A stretch of DNA of 64,000 nt from Basidiobolus meristosporus CBS 931.73 (lineage: Eukaryota > Fungi > Basidiobolomycota): positions 30,238-94,237 of the forward strand of contig MCFE01000328.1 of NCBI GenBank assembly GCA_002104905.1, read 5' to 3'. The translations under genes and the position numbers were made by a program. The notes below the pieces were generated by a model. The model was not told where the DNA came from, did not search any database, and saw nothing but the letters and a program-made list of their open reading frames with translations. The stretch's first letter is position 1. Each line of letters begins with the position of its first letter. Below, in pieces: positions 34,193-46,559 of the stretch.

Positions 34193-37100
34193 TCAACACT
34201 CCCCCTCCACTAAATAATTTCTTAATCCCAATTTCTCTCTAAGGATCTCAAACTGTGGCCTAGCTAGTGGTTTTGTCAATATGTCTGCCATCATTTTGTC
34301 AGTTGGGCAGTAAACTAGCTCCACTAAGTTATTTTCTACAGCTTCCCTCACAAAGTGATGCTGTATATCAATGTGCTTAGTTCTGGCATGATTAGTAGGA
34401 TTTCTAGCTAATGAAATACAAGTTTGATTATCCTTGTAAATACATGCTGGTTCACCTCAATTAAAACCTAAGTCTTTGAATAATATTTGTAGCCATATAG
34501 CCTCCTCAGTTGCTTGACATGCAGCCATATATTTGGCTTCAGTTGTAGATAGTGCCACAGTTGGTTGTTTCTTGCAATTCCAAGTAATAGCTGCACCAGC
34601 ATAAATATATACATAGCCTGTGGTAGAGCGTCTGTCAATCAGATCCCTACCCCAATCTGAATCACTATAGCCATCAAATTTTTGCCTATTAGCTGCTCCA
34701 GAGTATTCCAGTACCATGTTTATGGTACCTTGTAGATATCTGAAAATCCGCTTGACTGCTGCAATTTGATCTAATCCATAATTCTGCATGAATTGACTGA
34801 CTATTCCAACTGCTACTGCAATATCTGGACGTGTAGACACCATCAAGTACATTAGGCTTCCAACCATTGATTGATAGGGAAAGTTTTGGTCCATATTTGA
34901 GCCGTTTTCATCTATAACTGGCTGAGATTTGCTTAATTTCAGGTTATTGTCCATAGGGGTCGCTGCAGGCTTGCAATTTTCCATTTTGTAGCGTCTAAGA
35001 ATGTCCCTGATGTACTTAGACTGATTCAGCACAATTTTTTGCGTAGGTATGTCAAATTTGACCTCAATTCCAAGAAAATAGCTCAATTTTCCAAGATCTT
35101 TCATCTCAAACTTGCTGAAGAGATCTGATTTCGTCTGTTTAAGTGCCTCTTGATCACTTGTAGCTATAATTAGGTCATCCACATAAAGAACTAGGATGAT
35201 CACACCCTTTTTGAGCTGTTTCATATATATACTGTGATCTGCAGTGCTACAAGAGAACCCAATTTCCTCTAGATATGTGTCAATCTTGTTATACCATGCT
35301 CTGGGTGCCTGCTTAAGCCCATACAACAATTTTCTAAGTTTGCACACCTTATGGGGGCTTTTTGGATCGGTAAAACCTTCTGGTTGCTCCATATATATAG
35401 TTTCTTGCAAATCCCCATTTAGAAAGGCTGTTTTGACGTCCATTTGGTGTAGATCTAGACTGTGTACAGCTGCCAGGGCTAGAACTGTCCTAATAGAGTT
35501 AAACTTGGCAACCGGAGCAATGTTTTCCTCAAAGTCTAGTCTCTGGATCTGGGAATAGCCTTTAGCTACCAATCTAGCCTTGAACTTATCAACGGCACCA
35601 TTTGAGGTTATCTTGATCTTGTAGACCCATCTACATCCTATTGGCTTTCTCCTATTTGGTAAATCTACCAGTTCCCACGTTTTTGCCTTGATCAGTGATT
35701 GGTACTCCTCCTGCATGGCTTGCTGCCACTTAGTAGCATCTGGATGTTGCATTGCCTGTTGCAGATTCTGAGGTTTGGCACATAAGGCAAGATAAGCTTC
35801 TTCATGATCATTGGATGTCTGCCACCAGGATCCAGGGGCATTTCTTATTCTGGTAGATCTCCTAACTGGGATAATCTGTTCTGATCTGGAACTGGTAGAA
35901 GTATCTTCCATCTCTGGCTGGATACGTATCTTCTTCATTTGTGCTGATTGCATCATCAGGCAGCTGGCCAATGATTTCTGTGGCTTTCTGATCTGAATTC
36001 TCCTCAAATACAATGTCCCTGCTCTTGATCAGCTTCTGAATTTTGCCATCATACACTCTATACCCTTTAGTATCTTCACAATACCCAAGAAAGATCCCTT
36101 TTATACTCTTTGGTTCCAACTTTGAGCGTTTTTTGTCAGGGATGTGATAAAAAACATCACTGCCAAAGATCCTGAGGTGCTGGAGATCTGGTTTTTTGCC
36201 TGTATATGCTTCAAAGGGTGTAGAATCACGTAGTGCTGTTGTTGGGCATCTGTTTCTGATGTATACAGCGGTAGCAACAGATTCAGCCCAAAACTTGAAG
36301 TCCATTCCCTTATCATGTAGCATAGATCTTCCCATCTCTACAATTGTTCTATTTGCACGTTCTGCTACTCCATTTTGCTGTGGAATATGAGGAACTGTGG
36401 TCTGTTGAAGTATACCAGTAGACAAGCAGTATTTTGCAAACTCCTTTGAGCAGTATTCTCCTCCATTGTCACTTTGTAGTACCTTCAATTTATACCCAGT
36501 TTGTGTTTCTGCCATGTTCTTGAAGTGCTTAAACGTCTCTAAAGCTTCATCCTTTGTTTTGAGGAAGTACACCCATGTATATCTTGTCTTGTCATCAATA
36601 AACGTCATAAAGTATCTCTTGGCTCCAAAGGACAGTGTTCTCATGGGGCCACATATGTCTGAGTGTACAATAGCCAATATTTCGGTGGTATTGATGCCTT
36701 CTGAGCTCTTGAAACATTGCCTAGCTTGTTTGCCATATGAACATCCCTTACAAACATTCAATTTGATTGGAATTGAGTATTTTAGGCCCAAAACAAGCTG
36801 ATTTTTTACCAATTGGCTCATTTTCTGTTCCCCTATGTGTCCTAGCCTCCTATGCCACGTCTCCCAGTTGGTTTCATCAGTTTCAGCAATGTTGACATAC
36901 TCAGGTACAATGATCTTGCATTGTAACTTGTATATATTGTGATCTCTGATTCCCGAAGCTAATTTTTGTCCATTTTCACTCAATATTGAGCAGCTCAGCT
37001 TAGTAAAAACAAATTTCAGTCCCTGAGTAGTTGCTTTACTGACTGATAGTAGGTTCTTAGCTATTCCAGGTACATAGAGTACGTCAGTCAGTTTTGCTGT

Positions 37101-38104
37101 TGTTGCCCCTGAGTTATCACTCATATTTAGTTGTATAGACCCACTGGCGGTAGCTTCCAATGCAGAGTTATCTCCCAGATAAACCTTTCTTACGGGAATA
37201 GTCTTTAAGTTGCTGAACCAATCCTTTATACCACAAATATGCTGTGATGCTCCAGAGTCAATATACCATTCATTACTTCGGTTACTTGCACTCTCTTGTA
37301 CAGTGACAAATAGCTGTTCATCAGTAGTTATATGGTTTGCCTGCTCTAGTTTCTGTTTTTGTCTGCTTGTTTCTTCTTGCATTCTCTTGCCCAGTGTCCT
37401 GGCTTCTTAGAGTAGTTACAGCTGCCAGGTTTTCTTCGGTTTTGTTGCTTTCCCTTCTTTTCTGTATGTCTTTCTGAACTGAATAAAGCATTATCTTCAA
37501 TTTTCTCTGCTTGATCATTACGTCTGAGTTCTTCATGGAGAAGTCTTCCTTTGACATAGTCTAAAGTCAAGTTGTCTTCTCTGCTTTCAAAAGAAAGTAT
37601 GAGTGGCTCATACTCGTCTGGTAGGCTGCAAAGCAGACAGAGTATCTTTTCTTCATCATCTACACCAGCATTAATACTGTAAAGTTCTTCTGCAAGTGTC
37701 TCCATTCTGGTAATGAGTTGTAGCATGTCATCATCTGGCTTTTTTCTCATGTTGAAGAACTTTTGTTTCAAATAAAGATTGCTTGATACTGACTTTGCTC
37801 TAAAGATCTTCTCTAAGGATTCCCATGCTGCTTTGGCAGTATTTGAGGCATGGATTTGTCCAATGAAGGAGTCTTGCACATTGATGCATATTGCATTGAA
37901 GGCCTTTCTCTCCTTCTCTTGAAACTTCTCCACATCTTCTGCTGTTCCTTTGGGCTCAACTTCCTTTCCTGTTACTATGTTCCAAAGCTTTCTTTCCTCA
38001 AGGTGGATCTGCATCTTGATTCTCCAAAGTCTGTAGTTCTTCCCATCAAACCTCTCCTTTACAGGGAAGATGTTGGTATTGCTTTGTTTGCTGGTAGAAG
38101 TCAT
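34193..38104 (-). pseudogene. gag-pol: Copia gag-pol with two frameshifts and one nonsense codon
   Basis: gag FDGKNYRLW, knuckle CNYSKKPGHWAREC, protease WYIDSGAS, WHRRLGH/CKGC zinc finger, integrase IVHSDICG..LQSDNGGEY..NGVAER, RT LYVDD, RNase H. Breaks at ~37357, ~35920 and 34457-59; the final frame ends TGT TGA inside the 3' LTR. Confidence 0.95.
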
Positions 38105-38128
38105 CTTTAGAATAGATTAAGGCAATTG

Positions 38129-38140
38129 GGGCTCATAACC
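38129..38140 (-). promoter_or_regulatory. PBS GGTTATGAGCCC, complementary to the tRNA-iMet anticodon arm (half-tRNA priming)
   Basis: Directly abuts the 5' LTR. The complement GGGCUCAUAACC is the conserved initiator anticodon stem-loop. Same PBS type as Drosophila copia and yeast Ty5. Confidence 0.88.
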
Positions 38141-38592
38141 TGTTGCAATTTAAGAAGTGACTTGGATATAAGGAACTTATCAAGAAATAGTGATAATAGT
38201 TGAACTGTTGTTTATTCATAAAGAAGCTCAGTATTTATACCTTTGTAGAAGTAATACAGCTGCAACACTAAGTAGGGAGGGTTTCTCAATATTCAGGAGC
38301 ATTCTGTAACAGCTTCAGGGTTAGTACATAATGTTTGGTAATAGTGCTAATTTGATCCTGGCTATAGGGGAATAATCATAAGATCATATATCTGGAGAAA
38401 GTGGCAAAGTTAAGGCAGTAAATGAGTCCTACAGTGACTAAGACTAGCCTAGAATTGTTAAGTAAATTTTTAGCTGCTGAATGATACCAATAGTCCAATA
38501 TTTCATCACCATCTTCTCTTATGGCATTGAATCAAAGGAGTCTTGTCCATGTGCTAAATAGCTTGGCACTCAACAATGTAATGCAATGATAT

Positions 38593-38960
38593 TGTTATGA
38601 TCTGCTGCTTGAATGTTTAAGTTAGATCAGTTTTAGTCAAATTAATTAGTATATGTTTAGGTTATCAGTATATCAGTATTATATATGATATCAGTAGCAT
38701 TAGTCAGCAAATGTATCAGCAGATCCTTATCAGATAGATATAGAGATATTAAGTAGGATCTTATTGGGTGATGATGATGCAATCAAATGAGTCATCAGCC
38801 ACAACCTACCTTAGGAAACACAATTAGTCAGCAATTGATCTGGCAAAATGTATATAAGGAGCTGCTGGAATCTCAATAAAAAATCAGTTCAAGTTTTAGT
38901 GAATACAATTCTAGCTAAACTCCCTATTCCTCTACAACTCTTATACCAAGACTTGTAACA
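38593..38960 (+). mobile_element. Gypsy family A solo LTR, 4-bp TSD ATAT, in the CACTA intergenic region
   Basis: TGTTATGATC...CTTGTAACA; ATAT at 38589-92 and 38961-64; the flanks rejoin to match ~5235-5260. Confidence 0.92.
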
Positions 38961-40380
38961 ATATCAATACTTTGTCAAGTCTCATATGAATTTATAAAGT
39001 CTTGTATAAGATATATAGAGCCTACATGAATGTAAGATTCAATGACAATCCACATAGTAAGCATTCTAACATGTATGTAACACTCTTTCCCCTCAGATTT
39101 GAATCACTTCCATATATATGCCATCAAAAAATAATCAAGTTATCTGCTTCCCAACCAAACAGCACCATTGACAGTAGCAGAGGAACAATTGAACTACAGC
39201 TTGCTTTGACATTTAGTACAACAAGCAGGGCAATATCCAAAAAAGACCATGTTATGAGTGCTCCTACCAAAGGTAATATTGCAAACTCTTCAGGATCCCG
39301 GTTAGAAAGGCAAATGAGAATCTCTGCAGAGCAGCAAGCTGACCTTGATGCTCAGGTAGATGAGAACATGGCAAATGCAATACTAATAGTCAAAGACTAG
39401 TAAGAGGCCTACATAACATCACCACTACCTGTTTAAGCTAGTATGCTGTCTGCTTGTACCAAAGCATTAATGAGGCAATTTGTTACAGTGGCTGATATGA
39501 AGGATGCAATGGCCTAGACAAATCAGGAAATAGTCCAGAAACAGGAAGAGCTAATAAAATGTGTAGAGCTACCAACGTCCTAGGCAGGAAATGCATCTTC
39601 TTTGCTGCAAAAAAAGAAAATCATGTAGCTCAGTTTCACCACCACAAACTGAACCATTTCCAAAGTAACAGCAGAGGAATAAAATACAGTCTTTGAAGCA
39701 CAATAACAGTGTCCAAAGATAAAGCCCACAGAAATACTTATCACAATATAGGAGGAAGAGACTGTGATGTTTATACCCAAGCCTAAAATCACAAAACATT
39801 CAAGATCTGTTAAGCCATTGAGTGCACTGACAAAGAGTGAGCTAATATTTACTGGGTCACTAGAATTTTAACATTGCCTCACCTTAAGGCTGGCATACTA
39901 AGGGACTATCAGGAGCTTAAGGTCAAGCATGTTTTGCTTGACCTATTCCATCAGTAATATCATGGATTCAAGCAAGCAAACAGACCTTAGGCCAGCTTCA
40001 GAATACTAAGAAAGCATCTCAAGAGTAGCAGAAACTATCAAAGGCAGTACAGCAAGGATACCATGACTAAAACCTGCCAGTTTCCCCAAGAGCTAGTCAC
40101 AAGCAGGGCTGAAAGCTCCAAACAGTGGCAAAAATGTCAGGTAAGCAGATGAGTTCCAGTTTGGAATAGGTAGGCAGAAACAGATGCATCAGTGCAGTAT
40201 TTATCAGGAAAATGCAGTTCAATACAATAAGCACTTGGTCACAGTAACAATACAGGACTTGATGGTGATAAGGCCCATGGCTTTGTCAGGATCCTGTCAC
40301 AAGCAAGTCTGGAAGGTACAAACAAGTGGCAAAGGTATAACCAAGCCAGAGACAGGGAAGCATGAGAGAAAAGCTGCAGC

Positions 40381-43300
40381 TGTTACAAATCTTAGTACAG
40401 GAGTTGTAGACAAATAGGGAGTTTAGCTTGTATTGTATTCACTAAGACCTGAACCAATTTTTCTTGAGGTTCCAGCAGCTATTTATATGCATTTTGCCAG
40501 ATCAATTACTGACTAATTGTATTTCCTAATTTAGTGTGTGGCTGATGACTCATTTGATTGCATCATCACCCAATAAGATCCTACTTAATATATCAACTTC
40601 TGTCTGATAAGGATCTGCTGATTCATTTGCTGACTAATGTTACTGATCTGATAGATAATACTGATATACTGATGAGCTAAACATATAACTAAATGATTTG
40701 ACTAAAAACTGATTTAAGTTAAGCATTCAAGCTGCAGACCGTAACATTCTCCCCTACTAAAGTTGAGAGGGTTCTCCTGAATCTCTTTTCTTGTGATAGC
40801 AGTATCTTGATGGTTTGGTGTTATCAACAAGTATTGCAAGCTTGAGTCTGTCCCTATGCGCTAAGTCTCCCCAGATATTGTCTTGTTTGTCCACTAGTTG
40901 GTAAGTTGCAAATGGACATTGTCTGATGATCTTGAATGGTCCTGTTCATTGTGTCTCAAACTTCTTCCAAGTGTTGTTTCTTAATAGTACAAAGTTCCCA
41001 ACTGTCAATGCTTCTGGTGCTATAGTCTTGCCAAATCTCTGCTTCATCTTTTCTGCACTTTAAGATACTTTGGTCTGTGCCTCTGGGCGTCTTTGTTCCA
41101 GTTGCAGGTGTCTACTTGGCTGACTGAGTTCAACTTCTAAGGTGTCTGTATGCTTTGGTTGTGTGAGATCTCCTGGAATCCTTGGTTCACATCCATACAC
41201 TAAGTAACATGGCAATTGTTGGGGTGGTGTTGTGTACTATGACTCTATGGTCTATATACTCATCCCATCTACCAACTACTGCATCTGCATACTTGGTCAG
41301 CACTTTTCCAAACAATCCATTAAACCATTCAGTGGCTCCATTAGTTCTGGGGTGATATGCCAAGGTTTTCAAGTGTTTGATCTGCTGCACTTCTGGGTAA
41401 GCTTCCAATATATTTGCCATAAAGCTTGCATCTCTATCAGATAGAATCTCTACAGGGCATCCAAACTTCATAAGGATCTCATGGTAGATGTAACTTGCAA
41501 CTTCTTGTTCACTTGCTATAGGTAAAGCTTTAGGCACTGGCCATTTAGAGGCATGGTCAATTGCTACTAGGATCCAGCAGTGGCATTTCCTGGTAGTCAG
41601 CAGTCTTCCAATAAAGTCAATTCCCCATCTTTCAAGTGGTCTTACAGGCTCCAAGGGAAAGAGTTCAGCAATTCTCTGTAGTTGGCCTTGGTTGATTTGG
41701 CAATTTGGGCATGTTTTCACTAGCTTTTCAATGTCATGCTTCATTCTGGGCCACCATGCTCTGGCTTTCACAAGGCTATAGGATCCTTCAACTTCAAAAT
41801 GACCATATCCATTATATAGCTTATGTATTAAATCCAGGCAAGAAACATAAGGGCAATAGGCAATATGATTTCCATCAACAATTTGGTTGAGTGTTTCATC
41901 CTGTATTACAAATTTGCTGGCTTCATCCTGGATTATCTTCTTGATATCTTCATCCACCTCATTAGGAATGGCTTGGTCCTCCAAGTACTTTGGTAATAGG
42001 CTAGGCCAACTGGATTCATGCACCAAGTTGAGTAGCGCAACTTGTTCTAATCTTGATAAGATGTCAGCAACTGTGTTGTTTTTACCAGGGCAGTAGACAA
42101 TCTTCATGTGAAATTGCCAAGTGTATACACTCCATCTTGTCATTCTTCTAGAGAGTACCTTGTGAGTAGATATATACTTGAGGGAGGTATGATCAGTTGT
42201 CATAGTGCATTTGACTCCTTCAATATAGCATCTCCATGTCTTCAAACAGTGTATTATAACAAGCATCTCCTTCTCATGCACTAGATAGTATTGTTCTGCT
42301 GAGTTCAGTTTCTTGGATTCAAAGGCAGCAGGGTAGTCCTTTCCCTTGTGTTCTTGGCTCAACACTCCACCAATTACATAATCTGAAACATCTGTGCACA
42401 GAGTAAACTCTTTTCTGAACTCAAGTATTCTAAAGCTTGGCAGCTTTGCAAGTTCATTCTTGAGTATCAGGAAGGTAGTCTCACAAGCTATGTCCCACTT
42501 GTAGGTATTGTCTTTCTTGAGGATATCAGATAAAGGGGCTGCAATACTTGCAAAGGACTTCACAAATATCTGATATTAGGGAGCAATTCCAAAGAATGAT
42601 CTGAGCTCTGATATGCTATGGGGCTGCTTCAGATTCTTGATAACTTCAAACTTCTTAGGGTGTATGGTTACTCCTGTGCTAGTCACCATGTTTCCCAGAT
42701 ATTCAGCATGTTCCTTGAAGAATTCACACCTGGGTAGCTTGCCATTAAGCTTGTTCTCTCTTGGCTTCTTTAAGACCTTTTTAATGTGCACCAACTGTTC
42801 CCTTCTGTCTTGCTGTATATTGATGGACTTGTTCCATCATTCCAACTGATCATAGTGACCAATAGTACCATAGCATGCCAGATGGAGCATGATCATGCCA
42901 CAGAGTGCCAGATGGTGCCATACTGTGCCAATTTGGGATCAAAATTGACATGCATATGACCCTAAAATATCAAATTAATAACAATATATACAGCACTTTC
43001 TGGCATTATAATCAATGGCACAATGGAACAAGTCTAATATATCATCTAGGTAGATTATAACAAACTTGTTGAGGTACTCCTGGAAGACAGTCTGCATCAG
43101 GGTCATGTATGTTGCAGGGGCATTGGTGAGGCCAAAAATCATGACTAAGTACTTGTAATGTCCATATCTAGTCCTGAATGCTGTTTTAGGGATGTCTTCT
43201 GGCTTCACCCTAATCTGGTTGTATCCTAGCATGAGGTCAAGCTTGCTGATAACAGTAGCTCCATTGAGTTGGTCCAAAAGCTCATCAATCCAAGGTACAG

Positions 43301-45499
43301 GGCACTTATTCTTCACTGTAACCAAGTTGATGGCTCTGTAGTCAATGCATATCCTAAGTGTTTTATCCTTCCTCTTCACAAATAGTACTGGTGCCCCCCA
43401 AAGTGACTTGCTGGGTCTGATATCCTTGCCCAGTAACTGATCTATTTGTCTCTTCATCTCCTCCAACTCCAATGGACTCATTCTGTAAGGTGTCTTACTC
43501 ACTGGAGGGCTATCTCCTGTTTCAACAGCATGATCCCAATATCTGACTAGTGGTAGGCTTACAAGCTCAGCTGGAAATATGTCTGAATATTCCTTCAAAA
43601 GAGTCTGGATATTCTGGGGTTCTGGAGTAGAGGAATCCTCCTGTAATACCGCCATGAGGAACATCTGGGTGCCTTTTCTTAGTGCTCTGCCAAACTGCAT
43701 CTTGCTAAGTTCACTTGTTTCACACACACTGGAACTGACCAAGCTAAAATCCAGTCTGGCAGGCAATAGCACATAGGTCTTGCTGTCCTTCTGGATCTGA
43801 GTAGCATGGGTTCTCCAGTTGATTGATGAATTACAACAAAATATAGCCAGGTTTTCCCAAGCACAAGGTCAAACTTGCAGGTCCAAAATACATAGGCCTG
43901 TAGGTCTTATTCATAGTCATTGATCTTAATCCTTACTGGGTGAGTAATGCAGTTGATTATGTGAGAGTTCCCATCAGCTGTTGAGACTGAAGTTGATTTG
44001 GTGGGTTCCAAGTTGATTCCAGCTTTCAAAGCAAATTGTTCTGGCATATACTCATGCAATGCTCCTGAGTCAATCATGATCTTGGCAGGTACTCCATTGA
44101 ATACTCCATTCAAGTATAACAGCTTTCCTGAGTTTGAGGTCATCTGGGATAGTTATTCTTCTGTAGTATGAAAGGTGAGTTCTGAGTCTTCTTCAAGATC
44201 ATCCTCAATGTTACTATGCTCCAGGGCCTCAATATGATTAAAGATTCTTGATTTCTGATGTCCATTTCTTCTCTGAGGGCAGTACTTTGCAATATGTCCC
44301 TGCTGGTGGTAATTGAAACAAAGTCCTTTCTTCTTAAATTCTTCTGCATGGCTTCTATTTCCATTAGCACTTCTTCAGATTGTCTTCTTTCATTGCGATT
44401 GTTGCCTCTCTGATTAGTCATTTTGGGCTTCCCAACTACAAACATAGCTGAGTAATAGTCAATGGCAATCTTGATGGCTTCTTCAGTAGTCTGAGGTCTT
44501 TGATAATTCACTTCCTTACAAGTTATTTCTTTCAATCCATCAATAAAGTATTCAACTTGATCCAGAGGGTCCATTATTTCAATTTGCCCAAGTAGACATC
44601 TAAATTTATGGATGTACTCTTGGACCATTCCTTTCTGTCTGAGTGTCTTCAACTTTCTTCTTAGTAGTGTCTGTTGGTGTCAGGGCTCAAAGGCATCCTA
44701 AATTTCCAACACAAACTCATCCCAGGTAGGGATTGTAGAGCATCCCATCATGGTGGCTGACCTGATCTTGTTGTGGTGCCACTGTAAAGCTGCATCTGCC
44801 AGGCAAGTGGCTGCATAATGTAACTTGCTTTCTGGAGCAATTCCCTTAGCCTTAAAAGCTTCTTCAATTTGGATGAGCCAAGTTCCCTGGTTTTCATTGA
44901 CTCTACCATGGTACCAGTTAACCTTGACACAAAAGTTGCTCTTGACAGGGTTTTGCTGGCTTTGGGCCATAGTAGTCATTTCTTGTTGTTGCTGGCTAAG
45001 AATCTGGAGTACCTATTACTGCTGGGCTAGGATTTGTTGCATAGCATTCTTCCATTATTGATTTTTGGACATCTTGAGGGAGGCTTCTTCTTTCCTCAGG
45101 AGGAAGGTTTCTGGTTATTGCTGCTACCAATGTCACAAGTCTTGGCATAAGAGTTGTAGAGGAATAGGGAGTTTAGATAGTATTGTTTTCACTAAAGCTT
45201 GAACTAATTTTTATTGAGGTTCCAGCAGCTCTTTATATATATTCTGCCAGATCAATTGCTGACTAATTGTATTTCCTGATGTAGTGTGTGGCTGATGACT
45301 CATTTGATTGCATCATCATTACCCAATAAGACCCTATTTAAAATATCAACTTATGTCTGATAAGGATCTGCTGATTCATTTGCTAACCAAGGCTACTGAT
45401 CTGATAGATAATACTGATATACTGATAAGCAAAACATATAACTTAATGATTTGACTAAAAACTGACTGAACTTAAACATTCAAGCGGCAGATCATAACA
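40381..45499 (-). mobile_element. Ty3/gypsy family A element (copy A2), 4-bp TSD CAGC
   Basis: LTRs 45131-45499 and 40381-40746; CAGC at 40377-80 and 45500-03; PBS 45120-45129; PPT 40747-40758. Gag 44140-45070, protease MIDSGA (43907..44143), RT with YLDD (42975..43772), RNase H-integrase (41187..42563). Confidence 0.95.
42825..43035. mobile_element. 211-bp MITE (second copy), inserted just after YLDDIL of gypsy A2 RT
   Basis: TIRs GGACTTGTTCCAT / ATGGAACAAGTCT; flanks GAT / AAT; reverse complement of 22545-22755. Confidence 0.92.
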
Positions 45500-45628
45500 C
45501 AGCTCTCACCAATAAATGCTGTCTGCTCAGAGCAGGCTGAGTCTCATCATTACCAAGAAGAATTATCCACAAGAACTCAGCTGTTTTCTCAAGTGTTGGA
45601 AGCAAACCTCTTGAGCTACACTCCAGTG

Positions 45629-46002
45629 TGTGGGTGCTAAATGTAGTACCCACTCTTTGCCCTAGAGTTCTCCCCAGGGTTCTACCCAGTGTCCCCCAGT
45701 ATCCTCCCTATGATTCCCCCATGCATCCCCCTCCTATTCCTGCCCTTATCTAGTTAGAACACTTACCATAACAAGAAGGTGTTTACACCCCTATTTTATA
45801 GCACATTGTCTATTATCTAGGCCTCTCCAAGTGATATATATATATCCAATTGAGCCAAATGAGGGAATAACAAGATTTGGACAGAATAAACACAAGTCTT
45901 TATTACCTTGCTACATTCTATTGGAAGCTATTCTGAACCAAGTGGTAGTGACTTGACCTAAAAGCTCTCCCACTCACCAAGTACAGTCAGTAATATCCCA
46001 CA
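45629..46002. mobile_element. Orphan solo LTR, 374 bp, TSD CAGTG
   Basis: Termini TGTGGG...CCCACA; CAGTG at 45624-28 and 46003-07; the flanks rejoin ORF2 sequence (ctccagtgaggtagatgag, cf. 6985 and 28640). No other copy seen in the window. Confidence 0.88.
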
Positions 46003-46559
46003 CAGTGAGGTAGATGAGTTTGCAGACAAAAGCAACATGTTTACCACTGCCTCCACATCCTTTATTGTGGACAGAGTGGAGATCCCACTGACAATCAAAG
46101 CAACACCATCAAGAACTCAAGAGATTATCAGAGTGCCTTCAGTGAGTTTTAGAGCATTGATAGGCACACTAAGAGGTTGCAGCACTTCTTTGAGAGCAGT
46201 GCTCAGGAAAATGTGCTTGAGTATTGCAAGGATTTATTGCAAAGACTAGCAATTGAGGTATGACTGAAGCCTTAATGGAAGTAAATTAATTGGTATCAAT
46301 GATATGTGAGAGAATTGGTTGGGTCAGCAAGTAAGGAGTATGTAAAGAGGCAACAACCAATTAGTATACACAAATGTAGGAGGTGACTGAGTGTCCGGGA
46401 TCAGAAAGCAAGCAAATTGGCAGAGGACTAGTGAACAGCCACCTATGTATTGTTGTGATGGAAAATTTACCAGGTGTATTGTAAAATCTGTTGTGCAATG
46501 ATCCTTCAACAATCTTTGCTTAATGTCTTGATAGATCAACACCTTTTGGTCACAGAACT

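Larger units (their letters stand above)
33830..38508 (-). mobile_element. Full-length Ty1/copia retrotransposon, 4679 bp, TSD CCATC
   Basis: LTRs 38141-38508 and 33830-34198 differ at about 4 positions. CCATC at 33825-29 and 38509-13. PBS 38129-38140; PPT AGTGGAGGGGGAG just before 34198. Confidence 0.97.
39118..46250 (+). pseudogene. CACTA partner ORF2 copy, split by gypsy A2 (40381-45499) and a solo LTR (45629-46002)
   Basis: 39118-40380 matches 5431-6860. 45500-45628 and 46003-46250 match 6860-7230. Confidence 0.8.

Noticed and set aside
37340-37385. Programmed gag-pol frameshift in the full-length copia
   Set aside because: The sister copy has one more base in the run (20717-22), which puts gag and pol in one frame. 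This is a lesion or a read error.
35244-37410. Plus-strand ORFs overlapping the copia (and similar antisense ORFs over the gypsy and CACTA copies)
   Set aside because: They are shadows of the opposite-strand coding frames, with no start context or conserved motifs.
13695-46002. Near-identical LTR lengths (copia ~369, gypsy A 366-369, orphan 374 bp) implying shared LTRs
   Set aside because: No sequence similarity between the families beyond TG...CA; treated as coincidence.
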